Of a stretch of 64,000 bases of DNA, positions 36,942 through 49,509 are shown one piece after another. The notes beneath the pieces were generated by a model. The model saw only the letters and a program-made list of their open reading frames with translations, made no database searches and was not told where the DNA came from. The position numbers and the translations under genes are program-made. How positions within the stretch are numbered: the stretch's first letter is position 1; each line of letters opens with the position of its first letter. Source of the DNA: Hypanus sabinus (taxonomy: Eukaryota); NCBI RefSeq assembly GCF_030144855.1, contig NC_082725.1, positions 5,766,001 to 5,830,000 on the forward strand, in the 5' to 3' direction.

Positions 36942-37043
36942 CTGAAAAGGTTTGACTGATACTCCAGCTTTGTTTTTCTTTTTCACAACTTCAATTAACT
37001 TACTAACAATCTGGTCGACCACATAATCTGCATGTCTACCACC
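36942..37043 (-). CDS. TOP2B: TOP2B exon ~9 (GGRHADYVVDQ...VKPFQ)
   Basis: aag/gtatgt, 102 nt. Confidence 0.93.
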
Positions 37044-37129
37044 CTTTGAAAATAACAACAAATTTAGAATACTTTTTGATTTAAAGAAAAAAAATGATAA
37101 CTCGTAAAGCAATATGAGAGTATCTAATA

Positions 37130-37930
37130 CAGGGGTGGGCAAACTTTTTGACTTGAGGGCCACAAAGGGTTCTAAAATTTGACAGGGGGGCCGGACCAGG
37201 AGCAGATGGACGGAGTGTTTTGGTAATACACCTCATAAGAGAAAATAAAATATCATGGGATATGTAGAAAACATGTGCTTTAATTTCAATTGAAAATGAA
37301 CAAATGCATTACAACAAAATATCTGTCTTTGAAGTCCCATGGTATTTAGCTATTTATTGAAATGTCTTTTAAAACACTGAAAATTAAATGAATAAAATAC
37401 AGCTTTTTTTAATAGTAACAGTTATTATTTTAAAGCACTGAAAATTCTGTTATCCTTCAAGATATTATCATCATCACTCTCCTCCTGACTGTCTTTATTT
37501 CAAAAACGGTAGGAGATGCAGGTCTACTTGTCCTGCTCCTTCTTATTCAATTGTCCCCTGTGCCAAAACTCAACAACGACCCGCACAATGACAGAACAGT
37601 GAGAGCGCGCCAATATGCGGAGTTCTGTGTTCGCAAATCCCCGCAGGCTATCTCCCTTAGCCGGAATGCTGGCTAATTGTGAGCCGGTTCGGATGTGCCA
37701 GGAAATGGGTCGCCACAAGGTCACAAAGTAAAGCGCAAATGTGGAGTAATACGCTGCACCTCAACAAAGGTCAATGTATATAGAGTGCGTCATCTATTGG
37801 GAAGACGCCAGAATTGCGGGGAAAAAACGTTAACAAGGTTTATTAATATAATTTCATCAAGTTCTGCAGGCCAGATTAAAAAGCTTAACGGGCCGCATAT
37901 GGCCCGCGGGCCGTAGTTTGCCCATGCCTG
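37130..37930. mobile_element. Non-autonomous hAT (Charlie-type) element carrying a Gypsy LTR fragment
   Basis: Termini caggggtgggcaaact / agtttgcccatgcctg; perfect 8-bp TSD atctaata (37122-37129 and 37931-37938). Confidence 0.88.
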
Positions 37931-37939
37931 ATCTAATAA

Positions 37940-38795
37940 CTAACAATGATGAGACAGCCTAGAGAGGAGTAAAGAGCTCAAGGCCTGATGCCAGGCAGAT
38001 AATCTCTTGCTCAATGTCAACAAGGCAAAGGAGATGCTTATCAACTTCAAAATTTGCACCACTCACATCTTCCTTCGTATTGGCAGCACAGCACTGGAAA
38101 CTACAAACAGTTTCAAACCCCTCAAAGTAAATAATCGCAATCTCTTATGGTCACAGAACACAAGCTACACAGTCAGGAAAGCTCACCAATGCCTCTACTT
38201 CCTGAGGAGGCTGAAAAGAGCTGGACTATGCACATTCATCCTCACATCATTCTACAGATGTGCAATAGGGAGCATCCTAACAAGATGCATCATTGCTTGG
38301 ACAGATAGGCTCTACTACTGGTCGTCAAAACTGCCCAATGCATTGGAGGCACCAGCCTACCCACCATTATGGACAAATAATCAAAAAAAAACAGAAAAAG
38401 ACATCATGAAGGTTTCCACTCACCCTGCTCATGGCCTGTTTGTCCCACTCCCATCAGGGAGGAGTGTACATAACATTCAGGCCAGGACCACCAGACTCAA
38501 AAACAGTTACTTCAACCAAGCTGTAAGGCTGATCAACACCTCCACCCACTAACCCACCCACCACTCCATGCCCCCGATCACCACTACTTTATTATTTACC
38601 TTATGAACAAACACTCCTGTGCCTAGTGTCACTTAATGAACATACAATCAATGTATATAAGCTAACCTGATGTATTTATATTTATTGAGTCTTTTTATTA
38701 TTTTTAAATTTTTTTTTGTGTTGCATTGGATCTGGAGTAACAATTATTTTGTTCTCCTTTACAATGGAAATGACATTAAACAATGTTGAATCTTG
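37940..38795 (+). mobile_element. Rex1/Babar LINE 3' fragment
   Basis: ORF 38007-38552 with LNVNKAKEM, KAHQCLYFLRRL, HPAHGLF..LPSGR, RLKNSYF. Confidence 0.82.
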
Positions 38796-38814
38796 AAGCT
38801 TTTATAATACCAAC

Positions 38815-38988
38815 CTTAGTGGTAGCAATGCTATTTACAAAACTGACTTGCTGGAAGCCTTTCTCACTCATGGTCAGGCACACCTCCCAGCGATCATTCA
38901 CTACTTCATGAACCACCTTCAGAGCAACACCAGTTTCATCCAGTTTATCTTTTACATAAAGATCAACATAGCTCCGGAATCCATTTAC
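38815..38988 (-). CDS. TOP2B: TOP2B exon ~8 (VNGFRSYVDLY...SFVNSIATTK)
   Basis: tag/gttggt, 174 nt. Confidence 0.93.
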
Positions 38989-39149
38989 CTAAAGAACCAA
39001 AACAAAAGTTAAACAAGGATCACATACCACAATCTGTCTCTTCAATTCCACTCCTTGATTTTCTCTCCTTTCACATTCTAATGGTTTCATTTCCTGTCCT
39101 CCACAGGTCTACTTTGCCATGTAGAACATAAACCTCAAAACTTCCTTGG

Positions 39150-39770
39150 AATTACGTAGAACATAGAAACATAGAAAACCTACAGCATAATACAGGCCCT
39201 TCGGCCTACAAAGTTGTGCCGAACATGTCCCTACCTGAGAAATTACTAGGCTTACTTATAGCCCTCTATTTTACTAAGCTCCATGCATCTATCTAAAAGT
39301 CTCTTAAAAGACCCTACCATATCCGCCTCCACCACCATTGCTGGCAACCCATTCCATGCACTCACCACTCTCTAAGAGTAAATAAACTTACCCCCGAGAT
39401 CAACTCTGTACCTACTCCTCAGCACCTTAAACCTGTGTCCTCTTGTGGCAACCATTTCAGCCTCGGGAAAAAGCCTCTGACTATCCACACAATCAATGCC
39501 TCTCATCATCTTATACACCACTATCAGATCACCTCTCATTCTCCTTCGCTCCAACGAGAAAAGGCCAAGTTCACTCAACCTATTCTCATAAAGCATGCTC
39601 CCCAATCCAGGCAACATCCTTGTAAATCTCCTCTGCACCCTTTCTATGATTTCCACATCCTTCCTGTAGTGAGGCAACCAGAACTGGGCACAGTACTCCA
39701 AGTGGGGTCCGAACAGGGTCCTATATAGCTGCAACATTACCTCTCGGCTCCTAAATTCAATTCCACGATT
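39150..39770 (-). mobile_element. CR1 3' fragment (same subfamily as 55730-56335)
   Basis: ORF 39372-39737 PHLEYCAQFW..ERVQRRFTRM. Confidence 0.85.
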
Positions 39771-40727
39771 GGAATTCTCAAAACTTGTCTTATTTCTGAT
39801 TTCTCCTAGTTCTGATGAAAGGCTGCCAACCTGAAATATCTGTTCTTTTTCCTCGACAATACTGCTTGGTGAATATTTCCTGCATTTTCTGTTTTATCTA
39901 TCAATATTTAACCAATAAAAGCTGCATTGTAATCTTGTACTCATCTTCAGCACCCGCTCCTTCATCCCTTTTATATCAGCTTCCAAATTTATTTTCTTTT
40001 TTTTTAAAAAAATGCTTTGGAGAACAATAACCCATTTCCCCTCTAAAAGAACAAGTCACTTACACAATATTTTGCAGTTCATAGGGACAAACATCAAAGC
40101 AACGAAGGTATACTTCTCTTAAAATTCCAACATTTCCATACAACACAACAAGCAAAGAGGAGATCATTTGATCCATCAAATCTGTGCCAGCTCATAGAGC
40201 AATCCCATTCATTCTTTCATTACCTTCTAAGCTATTCTCATTACATTCTACTCTTACCCCATTTCCTACCAATTCTAAAAAATAGTTCTAAAAAAATAGG
40301 GGCAATTCAAAATGGCCAAATAACCTGCCAACACACAGACCTCTTGAATATAGGAACAAACAGGAACAGGGAAGAATATGCAAAGTGCACATACATTGCT
40401 GTAGAGTCAAGGATTAACTCAGCTCTACTGTACTGCCCCAAAAACTACCACAAAATTCTCTTCTGCTCATTTATCATTTCAGCCATGCAATACCTAGGCC
40501 AGGTACAGTTCTAGATATTAAACAAAAGTTAAAAGCCAGTCAACAGTCCATCGGCAGAATCTATAATATACATTTCAAACATAATTATAATATGCATTGA
40601 AAAATAGTTAAGCAGCTGCCGATAACCTTTTAACTTGAAACCAAGCATGAGTACAACTATTTATGGATAATCTCAGAACATCCAACAAATATTGTAATCT
40701 AAAGATGTGTTGTTAATAATTACTTAC

Positions 40728-40940
40728 TGGCAACTTTTTTCCATTAAGCATGACTTTGACTCCTTTACACGACCCAGCTACATCATAAGCTCTTCGAGTC
40801 ATTAGTGCCACAATATCTTTATCCAGTTTATCCATCTTGAATTTTGACAGATCAGGTTGGAATGTTATACACGTGTAATCATCTCCATCAAAATATTTAA
40901 TCCTCGACTCGGATGATTTGTTCATATTATTTGTCCATGT
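40728..40940 (-). CDS. TOP2B: TOP2B exon ~7 (TWTNNM...NGKKLP)
   Basis: cag/gtaagt, 213 nt. Confidence 0.93.
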
Positions 40941-42209
40941 CTGCATGAAGATATTTTGAAGTATTTAACAATATTTTGTTTATATTTACAATATGTGACA
41001 CAAATTTAATTTCAGCTTTTGCCTTTAAGTTATCTAAAGAATCAGATATGGGGTAACAACTACTTCATTCTTCTTTACACTTGTGTACCAGAAATTACAT
41101 TAAACAGTCTTGAACTTTGAATAAATGCAAAATAAGTTATGTGATCTAGTGTAAATAGGTTAACAAATATAGATGATTATATACAAAAATAAAATATTAT
41201 AAAAAGAACCACACATTTCAGTGGCAGATAAAAGCAAGGTTTTAGCTTGAAAATAATATTCTTCATGACATCTAAGAGAATTCTATTCTTCGGGCTTTAA
41301 TGCAATAATACATGCAAGCTCTAAATCAACAATGACAAAAAATTAAAAGGAGAAATGTTCTGGTTATGTTTTAAAGTATCAAAAAGAGCTAAAACAGGTA
41401 ATGTGTGGATAAAAATACTTTATTTATCGTGCCTTTTCTATGTTCCTATATTTAGCATAAAATCCTAAAATGTTTCAAAATTGCATCAAACATTTGGGTT
41501 CCATAAACTTACAACGTAAGGCATAAGACCATAAGACATAGGAGCAAATTAGGCCATTTGATCTATTAAGACATCTATTCCATCATGGCTGATTTATTTT
41601 CCCTCTCAATCCCATTCTCCTGCCTTCTCCTCAATCTTTTATGACCTGACTGGCCAAGAGCCTATCAACCTCCACTTTAAATATACCCAATGACTTGGCC
41701 TTCACAGCCGTTTGTGGCAAAGAATTCCACAGATTCACTCCCTCTGCCTAAGGAAGTTAGATCATCAATACCTTCAAACTTAAACTTGGGTCAGCGTAAC
41801 TGAGTTTCCACTTGTATATTCTGGAGTGCTTAAGCAGAAGTGTGTGGGGGAAATTTAGGGACATGAGTGTGGAGTTTGGTGTGGTGGGTGACAAGGTTTG
41901 AACAGCAAAGTGAACAAAAAGACTAATTCAAGTATTGCATACAAAAGTTAATTATTTTGGACATCATATTGAGTAAGGAACAATGAAATGTGCATTAGTC
42001 TGTTCACATTCCTATATAACATTGTAATCTCTGTCAATCACTGAGGGAAAAAAAAGTTGAAGAAAACACTGCTGCTTTGATTTGCACAGATAACTACCAA
42101 TCATTTGACATCAATACACAGAAATTTGCTCATATTTTCAGAAGTAGTCATGGCTACCATTGCTCAACGAACAGACAGTCAAGCCATTTTACTTGTGCAG
42201 TTTAGTTTT

Positions 42210-43050
42210 AGGATAATGGGCAAAGAAATGGTAGATGGAATATAGTTCAAGTATGGTTATGAACTTTAGGAATAAAGGCATAGGAACGAATTCAGAAGTC
42301 AGGGATGCAAAGAGACTTGGGAGTCCTTGTGCAAGTTTCCCTAAAGGTTAATTTGCAAGTTAAGTCTGTGGTAAGGAAGGCAAATCCAAAGTCAACATTA
42401 ATTTCAAGAAGACTAGAATGTAAAAGCAAGGAAGTAATGCTGAGGCTTAATAAGGCATTGGTCAGACCACATATGGAAGATAGTGAATAGCTTTAGGCTT
42501 CGTACCTGAGAAAAGATGTGCTGGTATTGTAGAGGGCCAGAGAAGGTTTATGAGAATGATCCTGGGAATTAAAGGATTAATGTACAAGGAGCATTTTATA
42601 GGCCTGGACTCTCCGGAGTTCAGAAGAATGGGTGGGGGGGTGGGGGGAGAAGAGAGAATATCATTTCAAACTATCAAATACTGAAAGGCCCAGATAGAGT
42701 GGATGTGGAGATGATGTTTCAATTAGTGGGGGAGTCTAAGACCAGAGGGCATAGCCTCAGAAAACAAGGACATCCATTTAGAACAGAGACGAGGAGGAAT
42801 TTCTTTCACGGAGTGGTGAATCTGTGAAATTCATTTCTACAGACAGCTGTGGAGGCCAGGTCATTGGGTATATTTAAAACAGAGGTTGACAGGTTCTTGA
42901 TTAGTAAGCGTGTCACAAGTTACAGGGAGAAGGCAGGAGAATGGTTTTGAGATGGAGAATGGTTTTGAGATGGAGAATTGATCGGTATGGTCAAGAGGCA
43001 GAACGAACTAAATGGGTTGAATGGCCTGGTTCTGCTCCTGCGACTTACAA
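42210..43050 (+). mobile_element. CR1 3' fragment; an inverted CR1 tail lies at about 41520-41755
   Basis: QRDLGVLV..VRPHME motifs and CR1 3' end. Confidence 0.8.
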
Positions 43051-43469
43051 TCTCAGTCAAAAATTTACACCTGCTCTAGCGCAAAAAGAATATACAGAGG
43101 AGCAGGCAACTGGCAGTAAACTAACATGGAACAGTTGGAGGGATCACATAATGCATATTACATTGTATTCAAATATAAACTTAAGAGGAACACACAAAGT
43201 TACTAGAGTTAAAAGTAGGTTAGAAAATAATATAATCAATTCAGTGTGTGCTATAATGTACACGGAATACATGAACATATAACTATTCAGTTTCTTTTAT
43301 TAAATTATTCTTATTATCTTTATAATTCTTCTCATTACGTTTCTACAGGATGCAGCAACAGTACTGATGGCTGAAACTCACATGGAAGTCTATCAAACCC
43401 ATCAATCACAGAAGAGAACCCACATTCCTCGATTTCTAATGAATGAAAGGACCTCAAATTGCATCATAC

Positions 43470-43567
43470 CTGCTTAAAACTGTTTTTGTATTCCTTGCAA
43501 GCAGTTTCTACCGTGAACTTGCTGCTAAATATGTTGCAGAGTTTAGCACCATAGCCATTTCTTCCAC
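43470..43567 (-). CDS. TOP2B: TOP2B exon ~6 (GGRNGYGAKLCNIFS...)
   Basis: cag/gtatga, 98 nt; ATP-binding GxxGxG motif. Confidence 0.94.
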
Positions 43568-43657
43568 CTGCAAATTCCAAACAATCACGAAAGCTGTCAG
43601 CATCAATAGCTGAAAAATGTTTTGCACAATTGAATGAATGGCGAACTCTGATCTTAC

Positions 43658-43803
43658 CCGTGACTTTCTTTTCATCATCATCATAGTTACTTGACGTTAA
43701 GAGCTGCCCAAAAATCAAAGCAGGTACATATACTTTTTCTACTTTGTGCTCCACTACTGGAATGCCTTTCCCATTATTCCAAATGCTAATAGTGTTGGAA
43801 TCC
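43658..43803 (-). CDS. TOP2B: TOP2B exon ~5 (IWNNGKGIPVVEHK...SNYDDDEKKVT)
   Basis: aag/gtaaga, 146 nt. Confidence 0.93.
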
Positions 43804-45808
43804 CTTGAAAAAAAACAAAAGCTATTTAAATGTGCATTTCTCTTCCAAGACCAATAACATTAGTGATTTATTCATTTTTAAAATATAAACAAACTGAATA
43901 CAACAGTATTTCTTAGTTTGTAACTTATTACAAATGCATTGTAAAACTTTTTGCAAATTCAGAGATCCAAGCTTTCAACCAGGAAATAGATCAATGAGCC
44001 GTATATGAAGAATGTGTTTTATAGCCTTTTTATAATGTTCACGATTAACAAAACAGCAAAAATTACATTAATGTCATGCTTGAGACATGGTTGGTGTCAC
44101 TTTTCCCAGAATATTGGATATTAATTCATGAAACACCACCATACGGTATACACAATATCCAAATACAAGATTCACATGTAGAAGAATACATTTTTCAACA
44201 AAACCAGTGTATTTACAAGGAAGAAAGTACCAGGGTCTGGCTGAGCCAAAGGCAGAATCAGTGATTTTTTTTTGAACAATGAGACAACAGACTATTGGAA
44301 TTTTACTGTACTTCTAATTATACATGCTTTGGACTGTTAATACCATGTTTAGCATCTTGGCCCTGGCGGATTGCAATTTCATTTGACTGTATTCATGTAT
44401 GATTGAATGACAATTAAACTTGAACTTGTAAAAAACCTGTTTGGCTTTGCCACTGATACCACTGTTGCATACTGCCACTTAATGAGGGTGAAAATACTAA
44501 ACAAATTTAAAATGCAAATATCATTGCACCTTGCAGAGTAAAGTAAGATTTTGATCCATCTATCTTCTATCTGTTCTTTAAAAGTTATGTAATTACCTCT
44601 TCAATTATCAAGCTAATACCCACTTGAAAATTACTACTGAATATGCTGCCACTATTTTTCAGTCAGTACATTAAAGAAAATAATAAATCATTTAATGAAA
44701 AATATTCCTTATTTTAAGTGTCTTACATCGACTGTTTCAGTCTACCGCTCCATCTAATAGCTTAATTAATCCCTCTTTATGTCTTTCACGAATAGCCCTC
44801 TTCAAACATTTTGCAAAGACACAGAACATAGAGCATAGACTGGTAGGCACAGGAACCCCTCAGCTAACAATGTTGTGCCGACTGATTAAATTAGTAATCA
44901 AATGGCCAACTAAACTAATCTTTCTGCCTACACAATGCCCATATCCTTCTGCTTTCCTCACATTCATTGAATCAGACCTTAAAATATCTTAAGCGGACAA
45001 TTACAACTATACTTACATCTTTGTGTAATACCCATAACTTGTAATAATGTGAGTCCACATTTAATGCAAAAATATACCAGACAGTCATAGCCACTCATTC
45101 ACAAATCTTCAAACTCTGCAAAATACAAAAGCTGCCTGATTGCAGCTTACCCTTTCAGCATATTCCATAACCTTTAGCTTGTGATTTGCACTCCTTGGCC
45201 AGCTTCACAACTACATGCTTTCTTCAAACCCCACAATGATGAATGAATTACCCCATTCCACATTTTTAAATTTAACTACATTATTGACACTCGCTGCATC
45301 TGGTTGTTATGTGATCTTTGCAACCATCTTTTCAATCTCCTGATTAATTTCCATCACTGTTTACTTGAGTGAGTGAGTGAGTACAGACACACACAATATT
45401 TAGAGTTTTCTGGAAATTTCATACAGGACTGCTTTTGGTTAATGGTGTGAGGGGGCAGAGTTTAAAAATAATTCCTCGGCCCCTATTTGAATCAATCTTT
45501 TACAACACCATACGATCAAGTCAAAGTCAAGAATAGACATATAGACACACGAGCAGTCAAGCTTACAAATAGCAAGAATAATTGCCAGATAAGACTATTT
45601 GTTTATGATTATTTGAATCAATCAAGATCAATTATTGAGTTTTAAAGGATATCACATCAATAGTGTTCACATCTCCGGTTATTGTAAAAAGACTGTCATT
45701 TTAAGAAGAAGAAAACCAACAAAGCAGTTAAAAGTTATTTTATACAGCCATAAACTCCAGTAACTAATCAGTACATGCAATATGCAAAATACCAATGCAA
45801 AGACTTAC

Positions 45809-45872
45809 ACATCAATTGAAATTTTGATACAGGTCATATTCTTGTCCCTCTGCTTGTTATCAGCTGCATTAA
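45809..45872 (-). CDS. TOP2B: TOP2B exon ~4 (NAADNKQRDKNMTCIKISID)
   Basis: tag/gtaagt, 64 nt. Confidence 0.93.
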
Positions 45873-46070
45873 CTAAAACAGAACAAAGCCACATTTTATA
45901 AAGCCAAAATTATCTGTCGTGGGATAAAATAATAACTGCTTTGAAATGAAATTATGTGCTAAAACTGTGATGGATCACCATTTGCATTCACTGGAAGTAA
46001 AGCTGACCAAACAGCACACCAGGATTTCCAAGAAATTCCTTACTAGTCCTAAAATGATTTCACTTTAATT

Positions 46071-46150
46071 CAGGGGTTCCCAACATGGGCTTCACAGACC
46101 CCTTGCTGAATGGTATTGGTCCATGGCATCAATAAAGTTGGGAATCTCTG
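46071..46150. mobile_element. 80-bp hAT MITE
   Basis: Termini caggggttcccaac / gttgggaatctctg; 8-bp TSD cttta(a/g)tt. Confidence 0.72.
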
Positions 46151-47010
46151 CTTTAGTTGGTAATCTATTGTTTGAGAGATTGGCATTAAAGGCCAAATGG
46201 TGATTTATGAGTACGAATTTGAGACCTCTGTAGAATATAAATCTTCAGCATCTAGGTCACCATTAGAAAATTTAACATGATACACGACATAAATGATGAA
46301 ACATAACGTAAATATCCATTTATAAAAATATTTTTTTGTTTATTCTTTTATTGGGATCTAGCCATCATCTTGATTAGTCAGGGTGTCAAAGGTTACAGGG
46401 AGAAGTCAGGAGAATCGATAATGACTCAGTCATGATGGAACGGCAGAGCAGACTCGATAGGCCGGATGGCCTAATTCTGCTCCTAAGTCTTACAGTCTTA
46501 CCTTCAAGTCCAGCATTTATTGCCTTTGCCTCATCATTCTGAAAGTGATGACAGTGAGCATTTCTCAGATCACTGCAGAGTTCTAGTGAGCACTGGGAAA
46601 CTATTTCAACTCAGCTTATTGAGGTAACAATAATCTCCACCACTATTTACTGTTTGCACTGCAGTGTGCTCACTTTAGAGTGGAACTTGGAGAGGAACCT
46701 ACATATATTAGGGTCCCATGTACCTGCTACTTTTGTCCTCTTGGATATTGAGGTCATGGATTTAGGTGTTGTAAGAGTAGCAAGGTGAGTAATTAGATAG
46801 GACACACTACAGCCAGTAGACATTGTGGAAGAGAAGCCATCAGTGGGCTGCTTTATCCTGGATGTTCACATGTCCCTCACACTTCAGATTAATACAGAAA
46901 ACTGGTATCAAACAACTGGGGTTTCCAAACTGCATATCAGCTTATCAAAATTTTTCTGTACTTGGTTTACCTTAAAGTAGCCAGGAGGTGGGAGAGAAAC
47001 AAGAGCTTAC

Positions 47011-47101
47011 CTAGAATCTCATCAAATATTTTGTACAACCCAGGAACAAAGGTAACATCCCTCAAGTTCATACCAACATCTTCATCATAAACCCACATTG
47101 G
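47011..47101 (-). CDS. TOP2B: TOP2B exon ~3 (PMWVYDEDVGMN...PGLYKIFDEIL)
   Basis: cag/gtaagc, 91 nt. Confidence 0.93.
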
Positions 47102-47239
47102 CTGAAAAGGAAGTGAATAAAAGTAAGTTCCTGAATTTACAACTTACTCTTTTCGGTTATCCTTTATAAAATGCTATCCTTTTTATAAATAAAGATAAAA
47201 ATCAAGCATACATGAATTTAGAACCCTGAAATATGTCAC

Positions 47240-49020
47240 AGAACATAGAACAGTACAGCATAGGATACTTCAGTCCACAATGTCAAACTAATTAAATTAG
47301 TAATCAAATGGCCAACTAAAATAACCCCTCCTGCTACAGAACAACCAAATCCTTCCATTTCCAGTATATTTATGTGCCTGTTGTTTTGAACACTTCCATC
47401 GTATTTGCCTCTACCATCACACCAGGCATTGCGTCCCAGGCACCTATCACTCTCTTAGCCAAAGAACTTGCCCAACACATCTTCTTTGAAGATGCCCTCT
47501 TCTCATGTTAAATGCATGCTCTCTGGCACTACACATTTCAACCCTAGGGGGAAAAAAACTGTGTACTCTAACTATGCTCTCATAATCTCAAAAACCTCTA
47601 TCAGATTTTCCTTGTCTTCACCACTCCAGAGAAAACAAACAAAGTTTGTCCAACCAAATGTTGTTATAGCAACGTTTTCTAATCCAGGCAGCAACCTAGT
47701 AAACTTTTTCTGCACCCTCTCCACAAAGTCTCAATATTCTTCCTACAAGGGAATGACCTATTTGAATGCAATACTCCAGATAGGGCATAACTATAGTTTT
47801 AAAAACTGAAGTGTCTATGCAATGGCCACTTTATTAGTACCTCCTTTACTTAAAGTGAACACTGAGTGTTTTGTTTCTGTAGCCCATATACTTCAAGGTT
47901 CAAAATTCAGAGATGTTATTCTTCACCCCACTGTTGTAACACAGTTACTTGAGTTACTATTGCCTTCCGATCAGATTAAACCATTCTCCTCTAGCCTCTC
48001 TCATTAACAAGAGGTTTTCATCACAGAGCTGTAGCTCACTGGATGCTTTTGTTTCTCGCATCAACCTCTGTAAACTTGAGAGACTTGTGCGAGAAAATCC
48101 CAGGAGGTCAGCAGATTCTGAGATACTCAAACCACCCCATCCAGCACCAACAATCATTCCACAATCAAAGTCACTTAGATCACATTCTTCTCCACTCTGA
48201 TGTCTGGTCTGAACAACAGCTGAATCTCCTGACCCTGCGTGCATGCTTTTATGCACCGAGTTGCTGCCACATGATTAGCTAATTAGATATTTGCATTAAT
48301 AAGGTGTACAGGAGTACCTAATAACGTGGCCATTGAGTGTGAACTCCCAGCTCTTGAACTCAGTCCCTCTGCTAATTCAGCAACCATATGATAAGCTTTC
48401 TTTACCACCCAATCAACCTGTGAAACCATTTTCAGGATGCAATGGACGGATCACAATATCCCTCCACACATTGACGCTGTTAAGTCTTGCCATTAATAGT
48501 GTATTGTTTTTTTACATTTGATCTCCTAAAGTTCAAGACTTTACATTTGGCCGGGTCAAACTCCATCTGCCAATTTTCTACCCATATCTGCACCTGACCT
48601 ATATCCCAAAGTATCATTGCAAATCTTCTATGCTATCCATAACACCACCAAGCTTCATATAATCTGCAAACTTACTGAAGCACTTAACTGTATTTTGATT
48701 CAGGTCATTTACAGGTATATTTCTATTTTTTTTTCCACAAACAGCAGAGGTCTTAGTAAAGATCCCTGAAAAACACCACCAATCACAGAACAACACCGAC
48801 CCCACCCAGCCATAACCAGTCTCCCATGAGAGGTGTTACCAGACATCTTTGTAAAATCCATATAGACAACATCTACAGCTCTAACGTCATCAATCACCTT
48901 TATCACCTCTTCAAGAAAAAATTCAATCAAGTTAGTAAGGCACAACTAGTCCCACACAAAGCCAAGCCTACTGTCCCTAGTTAGGCCATGGTTTTCCAAA
49001 TGCTCATAAATCCTGTTTCT
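47240..49020 (-). mobile_element. Degenerate CR1 ORF2 fragment, interrupted by a Tc1 MITE
   Basis: CLTNLIEFF, VDVVYMDF, SKFAD motifs. Confidence 0.8.
47815..48338 (-). mobile_element. Tc1-derived non-autonomous element
   Basis: Inverted termini caatggccactttattag / ctaataacgtggccattg; HTH remnant DLSDFDCGMIVGA..SISESADLLGFSR. Confidence 0.78.
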
Positions 49021-49509
49021 GATCAAACAGACTATATTACATGTGCTTCCATGCTGACTTAGAAGGGGAAATCCATTTTTTTTGCTCAAAACTTTTCCAT
49101 TCTTTATTCTTTTTAGGATTTCTACTAAAAATATAAACAACTCACAAAAAAGTATGCTCAAATAGGAACAATTATGCAATGCTATTATAACAAAGACAAT
49201 GCCAAGAAAATGGTTAGTAATGTTGATTGGGCATCTCCTCCATCTAATACAAAAGGCTCTATGTATTCAATTTTGATAAAATGGCAACACCCCTACTTTT
49301 GGATTACTGTACCAAAGGACTAAGTAATATATAGTTTGAGCCAACATGTATAAAGAATCAATACAGAATGTAATGTCACCTTAACGTGGTGATACTAAAC
49401 ACGTTCACAAATCCTTGCTACATATTGTATAATTCGGAACCACAAAACACTGAAGATTGAATGATTAGTAACTGAAGTTCCAAGGCAGATCCACAACCAA
49501 CTGAAGTTC

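Noticed and set aside
39810-39845. CTGATGA...GAAA as an active hammerhead or C/D snoRNA
   Set aside because: Stem I partner is degenerate and the motif is antisense to the host transcript; treated as a decayed Penelope end.
42938-42978. 18-bp tandem duplication (gaatggttttgagatgga x2) and similar short duplications near 21108 and 40270
   Set aside because: Ordinary slippage duplications in repeats or introns; not CRISPR-like (no unique spacers, eukaryotic context).
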